A stretch of 64,000 nucleotides of DNA from Planctomycetota bacterium (GCA_044222185.1 JBGANV010000002.1:282061-346060), one strand, 5' to 3'; shown: positions 48,495 through 58,825, numbered from the stretch's first letter. The notes: generated from the sequence alone by a model not told the origin. A program made the numbers and translations.

Positions 48495-51170
48495 ATGCCC
48501 GACAGTCGCCGGAATCTGCGGACTTGCCTGACGGCGCTCGCCGTGTGCGGGACCCTGTCCGTCGGCGGTGTCGTCGCCTGGTGGCTTCTGTCCGAGCCGG
48601 ACCTCGCCCGTTCGGACGTGGCGACCTCGGCAGTCGACGCGCCGGCGATGCTCGGTCAGCTCGAGTCCCGCGCGCACGACGCACCGTCGTCACGGCGGAA
48701 TCGCATCACGCGAACCGCCGACGCCTCACAGCCCCTCCGCGGACCGGCCGCGGCCCCACTCTCGGAGATCGCGACGGGATCCGTTCGCCTCCACGTCATC
48801 GACGCGGACACGCGGCTCCCGATCGGCGGCGCCGACGTTGCCGTACGCGACGGCACCCAGGCCCGCACGTTGACGACGAGCGCGGGACCTGACGGTGTCG
48901 CCATCGTCGACGAAGTCCCCGCGTCGCGCGGTGCACTCGTGCGCGTGGTCGCACGCGGCCATGCACCGGTGACGATCGAGAACGTGACCGTCATCAACGG
49001 TGAGACGACGGATCTGGGCGACGTCAAACTCGAACACGGAATCGGGATCCGCGGTCGAGTCCGGTCCGAGGCCGGCGAGCCCGTTCCCAATGCGCAGGTC
49101 TCGCTACACCGAACGCGCGCGCTGAAGACGACGGCGACCTTCGACCTCGTGGCGATGTACGACGAGATCTGGGAGCCGGCGAAACCCGTCGACGCGACGA
49201 CGTCCGATGAAACCGGTTCGTTCTGGTTCGCGGCAGTCGGCAACGGTGACTACACGGCCGAGGTCCGTGCCGCCGGTTTCCAGGTGGCATTCACCGCCCC
49301 GTTCGCCGTCCTCCAGGACGTTCCCCCGGATCCGCTCGACGTGGTCGTGCAGACGGGCACTCTGTTCAAGGCGCTCGTGAAGAACGAGGCGGGACTGGCG
49401 GTCGCGGGTGCCGAGGTCTTGATGCTCCAATCGCCGCGCGGGCTGCCGTTCAACATGCGGACGCAGAAGACCGCGACGGATGGCGACGGCGCGTTCCAAT
49501 TCGACACGGCTCCCCTCGAGCCGTTCCAGATCCACATCCGTGCCGGCGGATTCGCTCCCTACAGCAACACGGAAGTCGTCGCGAAGGTCGACCCGGTCGA
49601 GTTCGTTCTGAAGCGCGGGGCGACGATCCAGGGGCGCGTCTACGACGTCGCGACGTCGAAGGGCCTGGGCGGCGTCCGCGTCGCGGCCGCAGTCGCGAAC
49701 AAGTTCCAAGGGTTCTCATCCACGATCTCGGCGGACGACGGTTCCTACACGCTGAAGGACGTGCCAGCAGGGAACCGCGTGACTCTCGTCGCCAAGCGTG
49801 GCGGATACGCGCTGTTCCCGCCGCTCGGCGACGAACGCAACGCCTTCGGAACCGTCGGCCTCGAGGTCGAAGGCGTGCTCCCGGACTCGATCGCGACGAA
49901 GGACATCCCCATGGCGGGGAACAGCGTCGTGACGGGACGAGTGATCGACGGCGACAGCGGTGCGCCCATCGCAGGCGCGGACGTCATGCTCCTGCGCGGA
50001 GGGAACGCCCGTGGGATCGCCCAGTTCCAGGCTCCGACGACGCGGTCGGCACTGGACGGCACGTTCACGCTCATGCCGGCGGCGGCGGGAGCGTTCCGCA
50101 TCTACGCCTGGGCGCCTGGCTACGTTCTCGCGCCGACGGACCGCAAGAAGACGTTCGAACCGAACGCCAACGACGTGGCCGCCATGGCGCGCGTCGAGCC
50201 GGAGGCGACGCGGAAGGACGTCGAGGTCCGCCTCGTGCGCGGCACGGAGATCGAAGTCGAGGTTCGCGACGCCAACGGGCGCGGCATCCCCGACGTCTCG
50301 CTCCGCTGGACGGATGACGCCGCGCCCTTCGAGCTGAACGTCATCTCAGAACCCTACCGGCAGGCGACGATGCTGACGGACGCCTCGGGCCACGCCACCT
50401 TGGACGGACTTCCTCGATCGAAACGCATCCGCGTGGACGCGTCGCGCGCGGATTTCACGGCGGGCGGGACGGCGACGGTCGACACGGACGACGGCCAGCT
50501 GAAGCGCGCCGAGATCACGATCACCCGGGGCGCGACGATCATCGGCCGCGTCTGCAAGCCCGATGGGCGCGGAGCCGCGGGCATTCCCATTCGCTACGTC
50601 CCCCGCGCGGGAGCACCGCCGGCGCCGCGCGTGGTGTTTGGCACGCGCAACGACCCGTACCGGGCGGTGAGCAGCGCCAACGGCTCGTTCGTGCTCGAGG
50701 GGATCCGCCAGGGCGACGGCCGGCTGGAACTCGCCACCTCCGATCCCGAGGGTGTCACCGAGTCGGCGGCGTCACCGCTCGCCTCGCCGGAGAAGTGGCT
50801 CCTCGACGCACCGTCCGTGCATCTGCCCGTCTCCGAGGGCCAGGAGGAACGGATCACGCTCTACATCGTTCCGTCGCTGGCGATCGAGGGGCGCGTGCTC
50901 TTCCCCTCGCGGCGTCCGGCCGCGGGCCTTCCCGTGAAACTGCGCGGCGAGGGCGTGCTCGCCGCCGTCTCGAAGGAAGTGAAGTCGGACGGAGGCGGCG
51001 GGTATCGCTTCGGCGGCTTGCGGCCGGGGCGCTATCGCCTCTCGACGGAGTACATCCAGAAACCCCCGCCGAATCAGAAGCCGCCCGGTCGCCCGCGGCG
51101 CTTCACGGCGGGCCGCTCCGAGCTGGAAGCGGGAACGGGCAGCGTCGACCTGGTGCTGGTCGGACGATGA
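48495..51170 (+). CDS. Membrane-anchored or secreted protein composed of repeated carboxypeptidase-regulatory-like (prealbumin/CarboxypepD_reg) beta-sandwich domains
   Basis: N-terminal signal-anchor LTALAVCGTLSVGGVVAWWLL. A recurring V/I-x-G-R-V-x-D-x-x-G-x-P-I/V-x-G-A-x-V block appears at least 6 times (IRGRVRSEAGEPVPNAQVSL, IQGRVYDVATSKGLGGVRVAA, VTGRVIDGDSGAPIAGADVML, and so on). The ORF-track N-extension to 46374 is antisense to the HK gene and is rejected. Confidence 0.55.
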   Translation: MPDSRRNLRTCLTALAVCGTLSVGGVVAWWLLSEPDLARSDVATSAVDAPAMLGQLESRAHDAPSSRRNRITRTADASQPLRGPAAAPLSEIATGSVRLHVIDADTRLPIGGADVAVRDGTQARTLTTSAGPDGVAIVDEVPASRGALVRVVARGHAPVTIENVTVINGETTDLGDVKLEHGIGIRGRVRSEAGEPVPNAQVSLHRTRALKTTATFDLVAMYDEIWEPAKPVDATTSDETGSFWFAAVGNGDYTAEVRAAGFQVAFTAPFAVLQDVPPDPLDVVVQTGTLFKALVKNEAGLAVAGAEVLMLQSPRGLPFNMRTQKTATDGDGAFQFDTAPLEPFQIHIRAGGFAPYSNTEVVAKVDPVEFVLKRGATIQGRVYDVATSKGLGGVRVAAAVANKFQGFSSTISADDGSYTLKDVPAGNRVTLVAKRGGYALFPPLGDERNAFGTVGLEVEGVLPDSIATKDIPMAGNSVVTGRVIDGDSGAPIAGADVMLLRGGNARGIAQFQAPTTRSALDGTFTLMPAAAGAFRIYAWAPGYVLAPTDRKKTFEPNANDVAAMARVEPEATRKDVEVRLVRGTEIEVEVRDANGRGIPDVSLRWTDDAAPFELNVISEPYRQATMLTDASGHATLDGLPRSKRIRVDASRADFTAGGTATVDTDDGQLKRAEITITRGATIIGRVCKPDGRGAAGIPIRYVPRAGAPPAPRVVFGTRNDPYRAVSSANGSFVLEGIRQGDGRLELATSDPEGVTESAASPLASPEKWLLDAPSVHLPVSEGQEERITLYIVPSLAIEGRVLFPSRRPAAGLPVKLRGEGVLAAVSKEVKSDGGGGYRFGGLRPGRYRLSTEYIQKPPPNQKPPGRPRRFTAGRSELEAGTGSVDLVLVGR

Positions 51171-53560
51171 TGCTCCGCGCGCTCGCCGTCACCGGTCTCG
51201 TCGTCGCGTGGAGCGCAGCGCAGGCGTTGACCCTCCCGCTGGACGTGCCTGGTGAGGGTTGGAACGGCGTCACCATCGTCGCCGACGGAGTCCGCGGCGC
51301 GGCCGCGCGCTTCGCCGCACCCACGGCGCGGATCGATGCGGGCCCGTTGCCGATCACGTCCTCGGAGTCGTTCGCCCTTTCCGGCTTCATCCGGACGCGC
51401 TCGCCCGAGTTCGCCACGGTGCTCATCGCTCGCGACGGCGAGGAAGTCGGGGTTTCGATCGTCGTGGGTCGATCGCCCGGCCGCCTGTCATTCGAGGCCT
51501 GGTCGTGGAGGAACGTGAAACTCCTCTCGCGCGGACGCGTGGACGACGGCCGCTGGCACGCGTTCGAGGTCAGCTACGACGCCGGTTCGCGGACCGCGGC
51601 GCTCTACGTCGATGACAGCCTCCAGGCGTTCTCGTCGCTGGGCGCGGGCCAAGCGCGCGGTGCGCAGCTTCGGCTCGGGAACAACATCGGGTGCGAACAG
51701 CCGTTCACCGGAGATCTGGACGAAATCCGGTTCGATCGGAAGTCCAGTCGACCCTCGATCCATGCGCTCGCCGCCCCGATCGCCGGCGAAGAGGCGAGCG
51801 GCGCGGCACTCGGCGAGCTGCGCTCGCGCATCCTCGAGCGGCCGGGCAAGACCTACGCGTCGCTCGCAAAGGACGAGTGGCTCTCACGGCGCACCGTCGT
51901 GCGCCGCGACCTTTCGGATGCGCTCGGGCTCGTGCCCGAACCGGCCCGAGGTCCGCTCGACTTCATCGTGCACGGCGAGATGGAGGAGCAGGGATGCCGC
52001 GTCCAGCGCGTGTCGTGGAACGGCTGGCCCGGAACTCGGGCGACCGGCTGGATGTGGCTCCCGATGAAGATCGAAGGACGGCTGCCAGCCGTCCTCCATC
52101 CGCACGGTCACTGGCCCGATGGTGCCATCGATGGCGTGGTGCAGGCACGCGCACGTCGATTCGCGCGGGTCGGCTACGTCTCGCTCGTCGTCGACAGCGT
52201 TCACGTGGAGGACGTCGCCGCGGGTCTTTCCTCCATCGGTGTGATGACGTGGAACAACGTGCGGGCGCTCGATCTTCTCTGCGCGCGCACCGACGTGGAC
52301 CCGGCGCGCATCGGCGTGACCGGTGCATCGGGCGGCGGTCAACAGACCATGTACCTCATCGCGCTCGACGACCGCCCCGCCGCGGCGGCCCCCATCTGCA
52401 TGGTGTCCGAGTTCTCGACGATCGTCGAGCATGGGTTCGCGCACTGCGGGTGCAATCACGTGGCGCGCGTCGGCTTCATCACGGATCAGCCGGAGATGTG
52501 CGCCATGTTCGCCCCGAAACCTCTCGTCATCGGAACCGTGACCGGCGACTGGACGAAGACGTTCCCCTCGGTCACGCGCCCGAAGTTGGCGGCGATCTAC
52601 GCGACGCTCGGGAACCCGGAGGCGTTCCAGTCGCGTCACCTCGCGGCAGGTCACAACTACGACCGCGCGTTTCGCGAGATGGTCTATGCGTTCTTCGATG
52701 AACACGTCGCCGGTGTGACACGCGATGCGACGGAGCCGGCCGCCGCCACCACGTCGATCCACGAGCTCCGCGCACTCGGACCGCCACAGCCATCCCTGGA
52801 TCGCGCGACGCTGGCACGTGAGCTGCGGGCACGACGCCCCAGGATCGCCGACCTGCGAGCGGCCGCCCCGTCCCTCCCCTGGGCTCCGCGAAAACGCGAG
52901 CTCGTGCCCGCGAATGCCGCCGCGAGCGCCGGCGCCGAGTGGGCGCGTTTCGTGGCGCGCGCCGCCGAGTTCGCCTCCGGAGACCCGCTGCCGGTGCTCA
53001 TCCGGGATCGCAAGCCCGACTCCGAATGGGTCGTCGTGTCGAGCCTCCAGGGCAAGCTCGCCCTCGCGACGTCACCCCCGTCGTGGATGAAGGATCTGGA
53101 CCGCGTCGCGCTCTACGATCCCCACCTCGTGGGTGAGAGCGCGGCGTTCCTCGGGGGGTGGCGACGCAACGGCATCCTCTTGGGCTGCGGAGAGGGCTAC
53201 ATGCTCGCCCAGGACCTGGCTGACGTCGTGACGTCCTTGCCGGGGACCGGTCGTGTGACGGTGGTCGCGCTGGGCCAGGCGGGCCCATCCGCGCTGATCG
53301 CCGCGCAGTTCACTCCGCGCATCGGCTCCTTGGTGATCGAGAACCTGGGTCCGACGTTCGCGAGTGACGGCAATCGCATCCCGCTCTGCCCGGAGATCCT
53401 TCGCTTCGGAGACCTTGCGGAGCTGGTGGCGGCCGCGGGTCGTCGCCGGATCGTGCTGGGCGGTGCGCCCGCCGACTCGGGGTTGCCGCCCACGGCGCCG
53501 CTCACTCCAGAAGCCGTCGGCGCGGCCCTTGCGACGACGGAATCGCGGCCGCCTCGCTGA
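51167..53560 (+). CDS. Secreted protein: concanavalin-A-like/LamG domain plus an acetyl-xylan-esterase-like alpha/beta hydrolase
   Basis: The ATGATG start overlaps the upstream stop (ATGA). Signal peptide MMLRALAVTGLVVAWSAAQA. The LamG-like region is FALSGFIRT...WHAFEVSYD...LYVDDSL...FTGDLDEIRF. The nucleophile elbow is GVTGASGGG with downstream His/Asp. Confidence 0.55.
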   Translation: MMLRALAVTGLVVAWSAAQALTLPLDVPGEGWNGVTIVADGVRGAAARFAAPTARIDAGPLPITSSESFALSGFIRTRSPEFATVLIARDGEEVGVSIVVGRSPGRLSFEAWSWRNVKLLSRGRVDDGRWHAFEVSYDAGSRTAALYVDDSLQAFSSLGAGQARGAQLRLGNNIGCEQPFTGDLDEIRFDRKSSRPSIHALAAPIAGEEASGAALGELRSRILERPGKTYASLAKDEWLSRRTVVRRDLSDALGLVPEPARGPLDFIVHGEMEEQGCRVQRVSWNGWPGTRATGWMWLPMKIEGRLPAVLHPHGHWPDGAIDGVVQARARRFARVGYVSLVVDSVHVEDVAAGLSSIGVMTWNNVRALDLLCARTDVDPARIGVTGASGGGQQTMYLIALDDRPAAAAPICMVSEFSTIVEHGFAHCGCNHVARVGFITDQPEMCAMFAPKPLVIGTVTGDWTKTFPSVTRPKLAAIYATLGNPEAFQSRHLAAGHNYDRAFREMVYAFFDEHVAGVTRDATEPAAATTSIHELRALGPPQPSLDRATLARELRARRPRIADLRAAAPSLPWAPRKRELVPANAAASAGAEWARFVARAAEFASGDPLPVLIRDRKPDSEWVVVSSLQGKLALATSPPSWMKDLDRVALYDPHLVGESAAFLGGWRRNGILLGCGEGYMLAQDLADVVTSLPGTGRVTVVALGQAGPSALIAAQFTPRIGSLVIENLGPTFASDGNRIPLCPEILRFGDLAELVAAAGRRRIVLGGAPADSGLPPTAPLTPEAVGAALATTESRPPR

Positions 53561-53612
53561 CTCCCGCGCGCACCAGCGCTCGGATGTCAGCGGACGGCCG
53601 CGTCGGACTCGC

Positions 53613-54803
53613 TCAGAACTGCAACGAGTCCGTGTTGCTCGTGTCGAACACCGTGTTCTGGCCCGAGCCCGTCACGACGACGGCCTGGAACCACAGGGTG
53701 AGACCCGTGGGGATCATGGCGTTCGGCGGCAGCGCATGCGACCGCGTCAGGGTCCCGCCAGCGGGGATCGTTCCAAACATGTGCATCTGGAGCGGCTGAC
53801 CCAGGCACAGCGAGAGGCTGCCCGGCGGGAACGACAGTGACCCGAGATTGCGCGACTCGACGAGGATCACGTGGCCGCCGGCCGTGCCCGTGACGCTCGT
53901 GGTGATCGTGCTGCCCGGCGTCACGACGCCGTCAGGCGTGATCGTGAGTTGCACCGTCCCCGGCGTGCACGGAGGTGGAGGCGGAGCGGCGGCGAACGTC
54001 ACCGTCTGCGTGTTGCTCGTGTCGACGGTGGGTGTCGTCGCACCGCCCGCGATCGTCACGGCCTGGAAGACGCGGACGGTGCCAGCGGGAGCATTCGCAG
54101 GCGTCGGGATCTGGATCGTCCGCGTGCCACTGGCAGGAAGCGGTCCAAGCGGCTGGCTCGTGAACGGGGCGTTCAGGCAGATGACGGTGCCCGCGAGCGG
54201 CCCGCCGCCGGGCCCACCGAGCGTCGTTGCGCCGGCGTTCGGCCCGCTGAAGAGCACGACGTTCGCACCTGCCGCGCCCGTCACCGTCACCGAGAGCGGA
54301 GTGCCGGCCGCCGGGTTGCTCGGCGTCACGGCGAGGACGACCGTGCCCGGGTTGCACGTGGGCGGCGGCGGCGGCGGTCCCACCGTGGCCGTGACGACGT
54401 TGCTGGTGTCGACGGTGTGCGACGGGGACTGCGGGCCACCCGTCACCGTCACGGCTTGAAAGTTGACCGTGGCGCCGGCGGTGGAGGGCATGGGAACCTG
54501 CACCGTGCGCGTCCCCGACTGGGGCAGCATGCCGATCGACATGGAGTTGAATGGTGACGCGAGGCAGATGACGGTGCCGTTCAACGGCCCTTGCCCGGCC
54601 AGTGTCGTCTGACCGAGATTGGGACCACGATAGAGGAACACGCCAGCGCCAGCCGTGCCGGTCACCGTGACGTTCACCGGCGCGCCCGCCGCTGGACTCG
54701 ACGGCGACACCGAGAGCACGACGGAACCCGTCGGGCATTGGCAGATCGCAGCGGCGGCGATCAGCAACGCGGCTGACACCGAAACGAAATGACTGACCTT
54801 CAT
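53613..54803 (-). CDS. Secreted protein of unknown function built from 3 tandem ~125-aa repeats separated by Pro-rich linkers
   Basis: Signal peptide MKVSHFVSVSAALLIAAAAIC. The repeats are CPTGSVVLSVSPSSPAAGAPVNVTVTGTAGAGVFLYRGPNLGQTTLAGQGPLNGTVICL..., CNPGTVVLAVTPSNPAAGTPLSVTVTGAAGANVVLFSGPNAGATTLGG...GTVICL..., and CTPGTVQLTITPDG.... The linkers are PPPPPP. Confidence 0.5.
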   Translation of the reverse strand: MKVSHFVSVSAALLIAAAAICQCPTGSVVLSVSPSSPAAGAPVNVTVTGTAGAGVFLYRGPNLGQTTLAGQGPLNGTVICLASPFNSMSIGMLPQSGTRTVQVPMPSTAGATVNFQAVTVTGGPQSPSHTVDTSNVVTATVGPPPPPPTCNPGTVVLAVTPSNPAAGTPLSVTVTGAAGANVVLFSGPNAGATTLGGPGGGPLAGTVICLNAPFTSQPLGPLPASGTRTIQIPTPANAPAGTVRVFQAVTIAGGATTPTVDTSNTQTVTFAAAPPPPPCTPGTVQLTITPDGVVTPGSTITTSVTGTAGGHVILVESRNLGSLSFPPGSLSLCLGQPLQMHMFGTIPAGGTLTRSHALPPNAMIPTGLTLWFQAVVVTGSGQNTVFDTSNTDSLQF

Positions 54804-55014
54804 GAAGATTCTCCAATGACGCGGACGGACCCGGGGGTCGGAACCGTCCCGTAGAAGCCGGGCTTTGAAGTGTCGGGAAACGCCAGGGTTCCGGACAGGC
54901 GGCCAAGTGCGGAGTCGCGGGCCGACGGGAGCTCAAAAACCGCGATCCCACGCTCCCCATCGGCGGGCCCAGCCGCTATCTTCCCGCCTCGTTTTCGCAC
55001 GGAGGTCCCAGCTC

Positions 55015-56643
55015 ATGTCGAACGCCCAGTGGCGCACACCGCAACCGACGAACGAACCGATCCTGAGCTACGCGCCCGGCAGCCCGGAGCGCGGGACGCT
55101 GCAAACGAGACTCACCGAGCTTTCGAGTCGGGAGATCGAGATCCCGCTCGAGATCGGCGGCAAGGCCGTCACGACGGGGAAGCTGGGTGAGGCGCGCAAG
55201 CCGCACGCCCATCGACACCTCCTCGCCCGGTTCCACAACGGAAGCGCCAAGCACGTCGACGACGCCGCGCGGGCCGCGGCGCAGGCGTGGCCGTCGTGGT
55301 CGACCATGGCGTGGGAGGACCGCGCGGCCATCTTCCTGAAGGCCGCCGATCTCCTCGCGGGTCCGTGGCGCGCCACGCTCAATGCCGCGACGATGCTCGG
55401 GCAAAGCAAGAACCCGTTCCAGGCCGAGATCGATGCGGCGTGTGAGCTGATCGACTTCTGGCGCTTCAACGTCCACTTCATGACCGAGCTCTACGCCGAG
55501 CAACCGCTGTCGGGGCCGGGCATGTGGAACCGGTCGGAGTACCGGCCTCTGGAAGGGTTCGTGTTCGCCGTCACGCCGTTCAACTTCACTTCGATCGGCG
55601 GCAACTTGCCCACGGCGCCCGCGCTCATGGGCAACACCGTGATCTGGAAGCCCGCTTCGACCGCGGTGTACTCGGCCCACTTCATCATGCAGCTCCTGAA
55701 GGAAGCCGGGCTGCCGGATGGCGTGATCAATCTCGTGGCGGGATCGGGATCGGAGATCGGGTCGCCGGCGATCGCGCACCCCGACTTCGCCGGGCTTCAC
55801 TTCACAGGCTCGACGGGCGTCTTCAACGGCATGTGGAAGCAGATCGCGGAGAACCTGCCGCGGTACCGCGGATACCCGCGAATCGTCGGCGAGACCGGCG
55901 GCAAGGACTTCGTCTTCGCCCACGCGAGCGCGGACGTGGCGGCGCTTTCCGTCGCGCTCGTCCGCGGCGCGTTCGAGTATCAGGGACAGAAGTGCTCGGC
56001 CGCGAGCCGGGCGTTCATTCCCGCCACGCTCTGGCCCAAGGTCCGTGAACAGGTCTGCGCCATGCTCTCCGAGATGAAGATGGGTCCGCCGGAGGACTTC
56101 TCGAACTTCATCAACGCCGTCATCGACGGCGCCGCCTACAAGTCCATCAAGGGCTACGTCGACTACGCCAAGGCCAATTCGGCCGACGCTGAGATCGTCT
56201 TCGGTGGCAACTGCGACGACAAGGATGGCTGGTTCATCCAGCCCACGGTCGTCCGCACGCCGAACCCCAAGTTCAAGCTGCTGTGCGAAGAGATCTTCGG
56301 ACCCGTGCTCACCGTCCACGTCTACGACGATCACAAGCTCGACGAGACGCTCGCCGTCTGCGACCAGGGTTCCGCCTACTCACTGACGGGAGCCATCTTC
56401 GCCCAGGACCGTCACGCGATCGTGAAGATGGCTGCCGCGCTGCGCCACACGGCCGGCAACTTCTACGTCAACGACAAGCCGACCGGCGCCGTCGTCGGCC
56501 AGCAACCGTTCGGCGGTGGCCGCGCATCCGGCACGAACGACAAGGCCGGAAGCAAGCTGAACCTCGTTCGATGGGTTTCGGCCCGCACGATCAAGGAGAA
56601 CTTCGTTCCTCCGAAGACCTGGCGTTATCCGTTCCTCGGCTGA
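55015..56643 (+). CDS. pruA: Delta-1-pyrroline-5-carboxylate dehydrogenase (aldehyde dehydrogenase superfamily)
   Basis: GGAGG ribosome-binding site, then MSNAQWRTP. Catalytic region GETGGKDFVFAHASAD...YQGQKCSAASRAFI and C-terminal FGGGRASGTNDKAGS. These closely track characterised bacterial P5CDH (VETGGKD...FQGQKCSAASR...FGGFKLSGTNAK). Confidence 0.8.
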   Translation: MSNAQWRTPQPTNEPILSYAPGSPERGTLQTRLTELSSREIEIPLEIGGKAVTTGKLGEARKPHAHRHLLARFHNGSAKHVDDAARAAAQAWPSWSTMAWEDRAAIFLKAADLLAGPWRATLNAATMLGQSKNPFQAEIDAACELIDFWRFNVHFMTELYAEQPLSGPGMWNRSEYRPLEGFVFAVTPFNFTSIGGNLPTAPALMGNTVIWKPASTAVYSAHFIMQLLKEAGLPDGVINLVAGSGSEIGSPAIAHPDFAGLHFTGSTGVFNGMWKQIAENLPRYRGYPRIVGETGGKDFVFAHASADVAALSVALVRGAFEYQGQKCSAASRAFIPATLWPKVREQVCAMLSEMKMGPPEDFSNFINAVIDGAAYKSIKGYVDYAKANSADAEIVFGGNCDDKDGWFIQPTVVRTPNPKFKLLCEEIFGPVLTVHVYDDHKLDETLAVCDQGSAYSLTGAIFAQDRHAIVKMAAALRHTAGNFYVNDKPTGAVVGQQPFGGGRASGTNDKAGSKLNLVRWVSARTIKENFVPPKTWRYPFLG

Positions 56644-56817
56644 TTCCGGGAACGCGCGCATCTCGCGTCCCTCCGTGGGAGCTGCCTCGGCCTGACCTCG
56701 TTCGGCCGGGACGGAACATTTGGGAGTCGCCCACCGGGAGAGTCGCTGCGCTCGGCGCCGTCGCGCGCGAGATCAGCGGCGCATCGCCCGCACGGCCGCA
56801 ACCGGGACCACGGGGCT

Positions 56818-57657
56818 TCACCCAGGCTTGGTCTCAGTTGGGATCGCGGCGAGACGGGTGAACGTTCCCGCCTCGTCGACGCTGCCGAACGCGGGCGGTG
56901 GGCCCTCGAGCAAGGCGACCCAGTCGGCGGACTCGATCCGGACGACGTCGATCGACTGGCCGACCTTCGCGGCGAACTCCGCGGTGCCCTGCGCGTCGCG
57001 ATGGGTGACCGCCACCAAGCGGCGCGTGCGACTCGAGAAGTCGAGCTCGCGGGCTGCGGCGATGCAGTGCTCACACCCGGGATCGAACACGAACACGTAG
57101 GCGTTCGACACTCCCGCGATCCGCACACGATGTTCGACACCCGTCGGCGGTGCGCCTGACGCGCAGACCCACGCGACGACGGCGACCACGATGGCACCCG
57201 CGGCACTCGTGTGGACGAGCCCGGAGCGGCTCCACTCGCTGCCGGTCGACAGTCGATGCCAGCGCGCGACGAGCGCGACCGCCAGCAACTCCAACGTCGC
57301 GACGACTCCGAGCCATTTCGGCACCGCGGCCCACGCGCCGAAGCATCCACAACTCGAGCCTCGTGCCCACATCACGAGATGGTGAACGCCCAGGCCCGCA
57401 GCGAGGCCGATGGCGCCGCGTGCTCCGACACGGTTTCGGACGAACAGCGCGAAGACGCAGGCCAGGGCGTCGACCGCCACGACGATCCCGCCCAGGAGGC
57501 GTGCGGGCACGTCGATCCCGTACCCGCTGCGAATCGCATCGTGAATCTCGGCAGCGGCGACGTGTGGAGCTGCAACCTTGGCGACGAGCGCCACGGCGAA
57601 GATCGCGGCCCCGACGAGGCCCGCTGCGGCGATGGCCCTGGCTCCGTTGATCGTCAC
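56818..57657 (-). CDS. MauE/DoxX-like membrane protein (SCGCFG motif) fused to a C-terminal thioredoxin-like CxxC domain; a putative membrane thiol-disulfide oxidoreductase
   Basis: Five TM helices and the MauE signature GSSCGCFGAW. The C-terminal thioredoxin-like segment is VFVFDPGCEHCIAAAREL. A GTG start at 57657 overlaps the upstream stop as GTGA. The ORF track lists a GTG at 57750, which would overlap the upstream gene by 97 nt. Confidence 0.6.
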   Translation of the reverse strand: MTINGARAIAAAGLVGAAIFAVALVAKVAAPHVAAAEIHDAIRSGYGIDVPARLLGGIVVAVDALACVFALFVRNRVGARGAIGLAAGLGVHHLVMWARGSSCGCFGAWAAVPKWLGVVATLELLAVALVARWHRLSTGSEWSRSGLVHTSAAGAIVVAVVAWVCASGAPPTGVEHRVRIAGVSNAYVFVFDPGCEHCIAAARELDFSSRTRRLVAVTHRDAQGTAEFAAKVGQSIDVVRIESADWVALLEGPPPAFGSVDEAGTFTRLAAIPTETKPG

Positions 57658-58811
57658 GCCGCCGCTCCAGCAGCCTGCCGGCGGCGACGCGCGACGACTC
57701 GGGGAACCGCGAACGCGCCCGCGCAGAGAGCGACAACCCCGAGGGCCCACGCCGCCATGGGGATGGCGTGCGTGTCGCGTCCGGCGCCGAGCTTGGGAGC
57801 GCAGGCCGCCAGTCGCTCGATCAGTTCGTCGCCGGAGGTGGTCCCGTCCGTCGCATAGGACGTCCTGCCCGTTCGACCGTCCAGGATCTTGGCGACGGCA
57901 CCGAGCTCACGCGCCGGTTCGATGGCGAGCGTCGTGCCCGCGGGCAGCGGCGCGATGCTCGCCACGTCGACCTTCGACCGCAGCATCCCGAGCCGCGTCC
58001 GAAACGAGGCCGCCGTCGGCATCACGACGGGACCGAAGGTGCGGAAGTCCCCGAATTCGACGACGCGCGCCACTCCACCCTGGATGCCGCCGAGGATCGG
58101 AACCACGGGAAAGTCCGGCAGGAGGAGGTCGTTCGGCATGTTCTCTCCGCCCTCCTGAGGTGCCTTGCAGACGACCGGAGTCTCGAGGAACTCGACGGTC
58201 GTGAGTCGCAGTCCTCCGTCGATCCGCTCGAAGTGGCAGCGCCATCCGAGCAGGCCGGTGACGGCTCGACCGGCCATCGCGGCCTTCACGACCTCCTCGT
58301 GGAGTCCGAACAGGACGATCAGTCCCGTGGGCGTTCGCTCGGCGCTGACGATGGGCGTGCTCTGCACCTGGTCGATCCAGGGCGAGCGCCCGAACGGGCG
58401 GAGGTACGCCATCACGGGTGACGTGGACATCTCCACGAACTCCTCGTGCGGACGGATGAGCGCGTCGCAGTAGCCTTCACGGCGAGTGTTGAAGATCTGG
58501 ACGCCGTCGCGCCACGTCGTCACCTGCAGCGGGGTCGATCCATCCTGCAACGCGAGCTTGGCCCACCGCGCTGCCCCGGTGATCGGATTCCCCTGAACCT
58601 CCCACCGGCCGACCTCGTGGACGTTCGAGCCTCCCGCGGCCGCGGCTTCGCAGCGGTCACGCCATCCGACGTTCCAGGATGGCGCGAGATCGGCCTTCGC
58701 GGCCGCGAGCAGGAGAAGCCTCGCCTGCGCGACCGGCAGCGATTGCGCCGTGGCGCCGGCAGACAGCAGTACGGCCGTGATGACGATCCGAACGTTGTGT
58801 TGTCTCGACAT
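57654..58811 (-). CDS. Secreted protein of unknown function with a C-terminal hydrophobic segment and an Arg-rich tail
   Basis: GGGGAGAG ribosome-binding site, then MSRQHNVRIVITAVLLSAGATAQS (signal peptide). The C-terminus is HAIPMAAWALGVVALCAGAFAVPRVVARRRRQAAGAAA, a TM helix followed by a basic tail reminiscent of sortase/exosortase-type sorting signals. It has 4 Cys. Confidence 0.45.
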   Translation of the reverse strand: MSRQHNVRIVITAVLLSAGATAQSLPVAQARLLLLAAAKADLAPSWNVGWRDRCEAAAAGGSNVHEVGRWEVQGNPITGAARWAKLALQDGSTPLQVTTWRDGVQIFNTRREGYCDALIRPHEEFVEMSTSPVMAYLRPFGRSPWIDQVQSTPIVSAERTPTGLIVLFGLHEEVVKAAMAGRAVTGLLGWRCHFERIDGGLRLTTVEFLETPVVCKAPQEGGENMPNDLLLPDFPVVPILGGIQGGVARVVEFGDFRTFGPVVMPTAASFRTRLGMLRSKVDVASIAPLPAGTTLAIEPARELGAVAKILDGRTGRTSYATDGTTSGDELIERLAACAPKLGAGRDTHAIPMAAWALGVVALCAGAFAVPRVVARRRRQAAGAAA

Positions 58812-58825
58812 GACACTCTCCCCGC

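Noticed and set aside
57750-57750. GTG at 57750 as the start of the MauE-thioredoxin gene, as implied by the ORF track
   Set aside because: It would overlap the upstream gene by 97 nt and encode an Arg-rich, non-hydrophobic N-terminus. A GTG at 57657 forms a canonical GTGA stop/start overlap and begins right at the first TM helix. The shorter gene is preferred, though this is uncertain.
58700-58811. PEP-CTERM/exosortase sorting signal at the C-terminus of the 57654..58811 protein
   Set aside because: A TM helix plus an RRRR tail is present, but the defining P-E-P tripeptide is not (the sequence is A-I-P-M). No exosortase gene is in the window. It is mentioned only as a sorting-signal-like tail.
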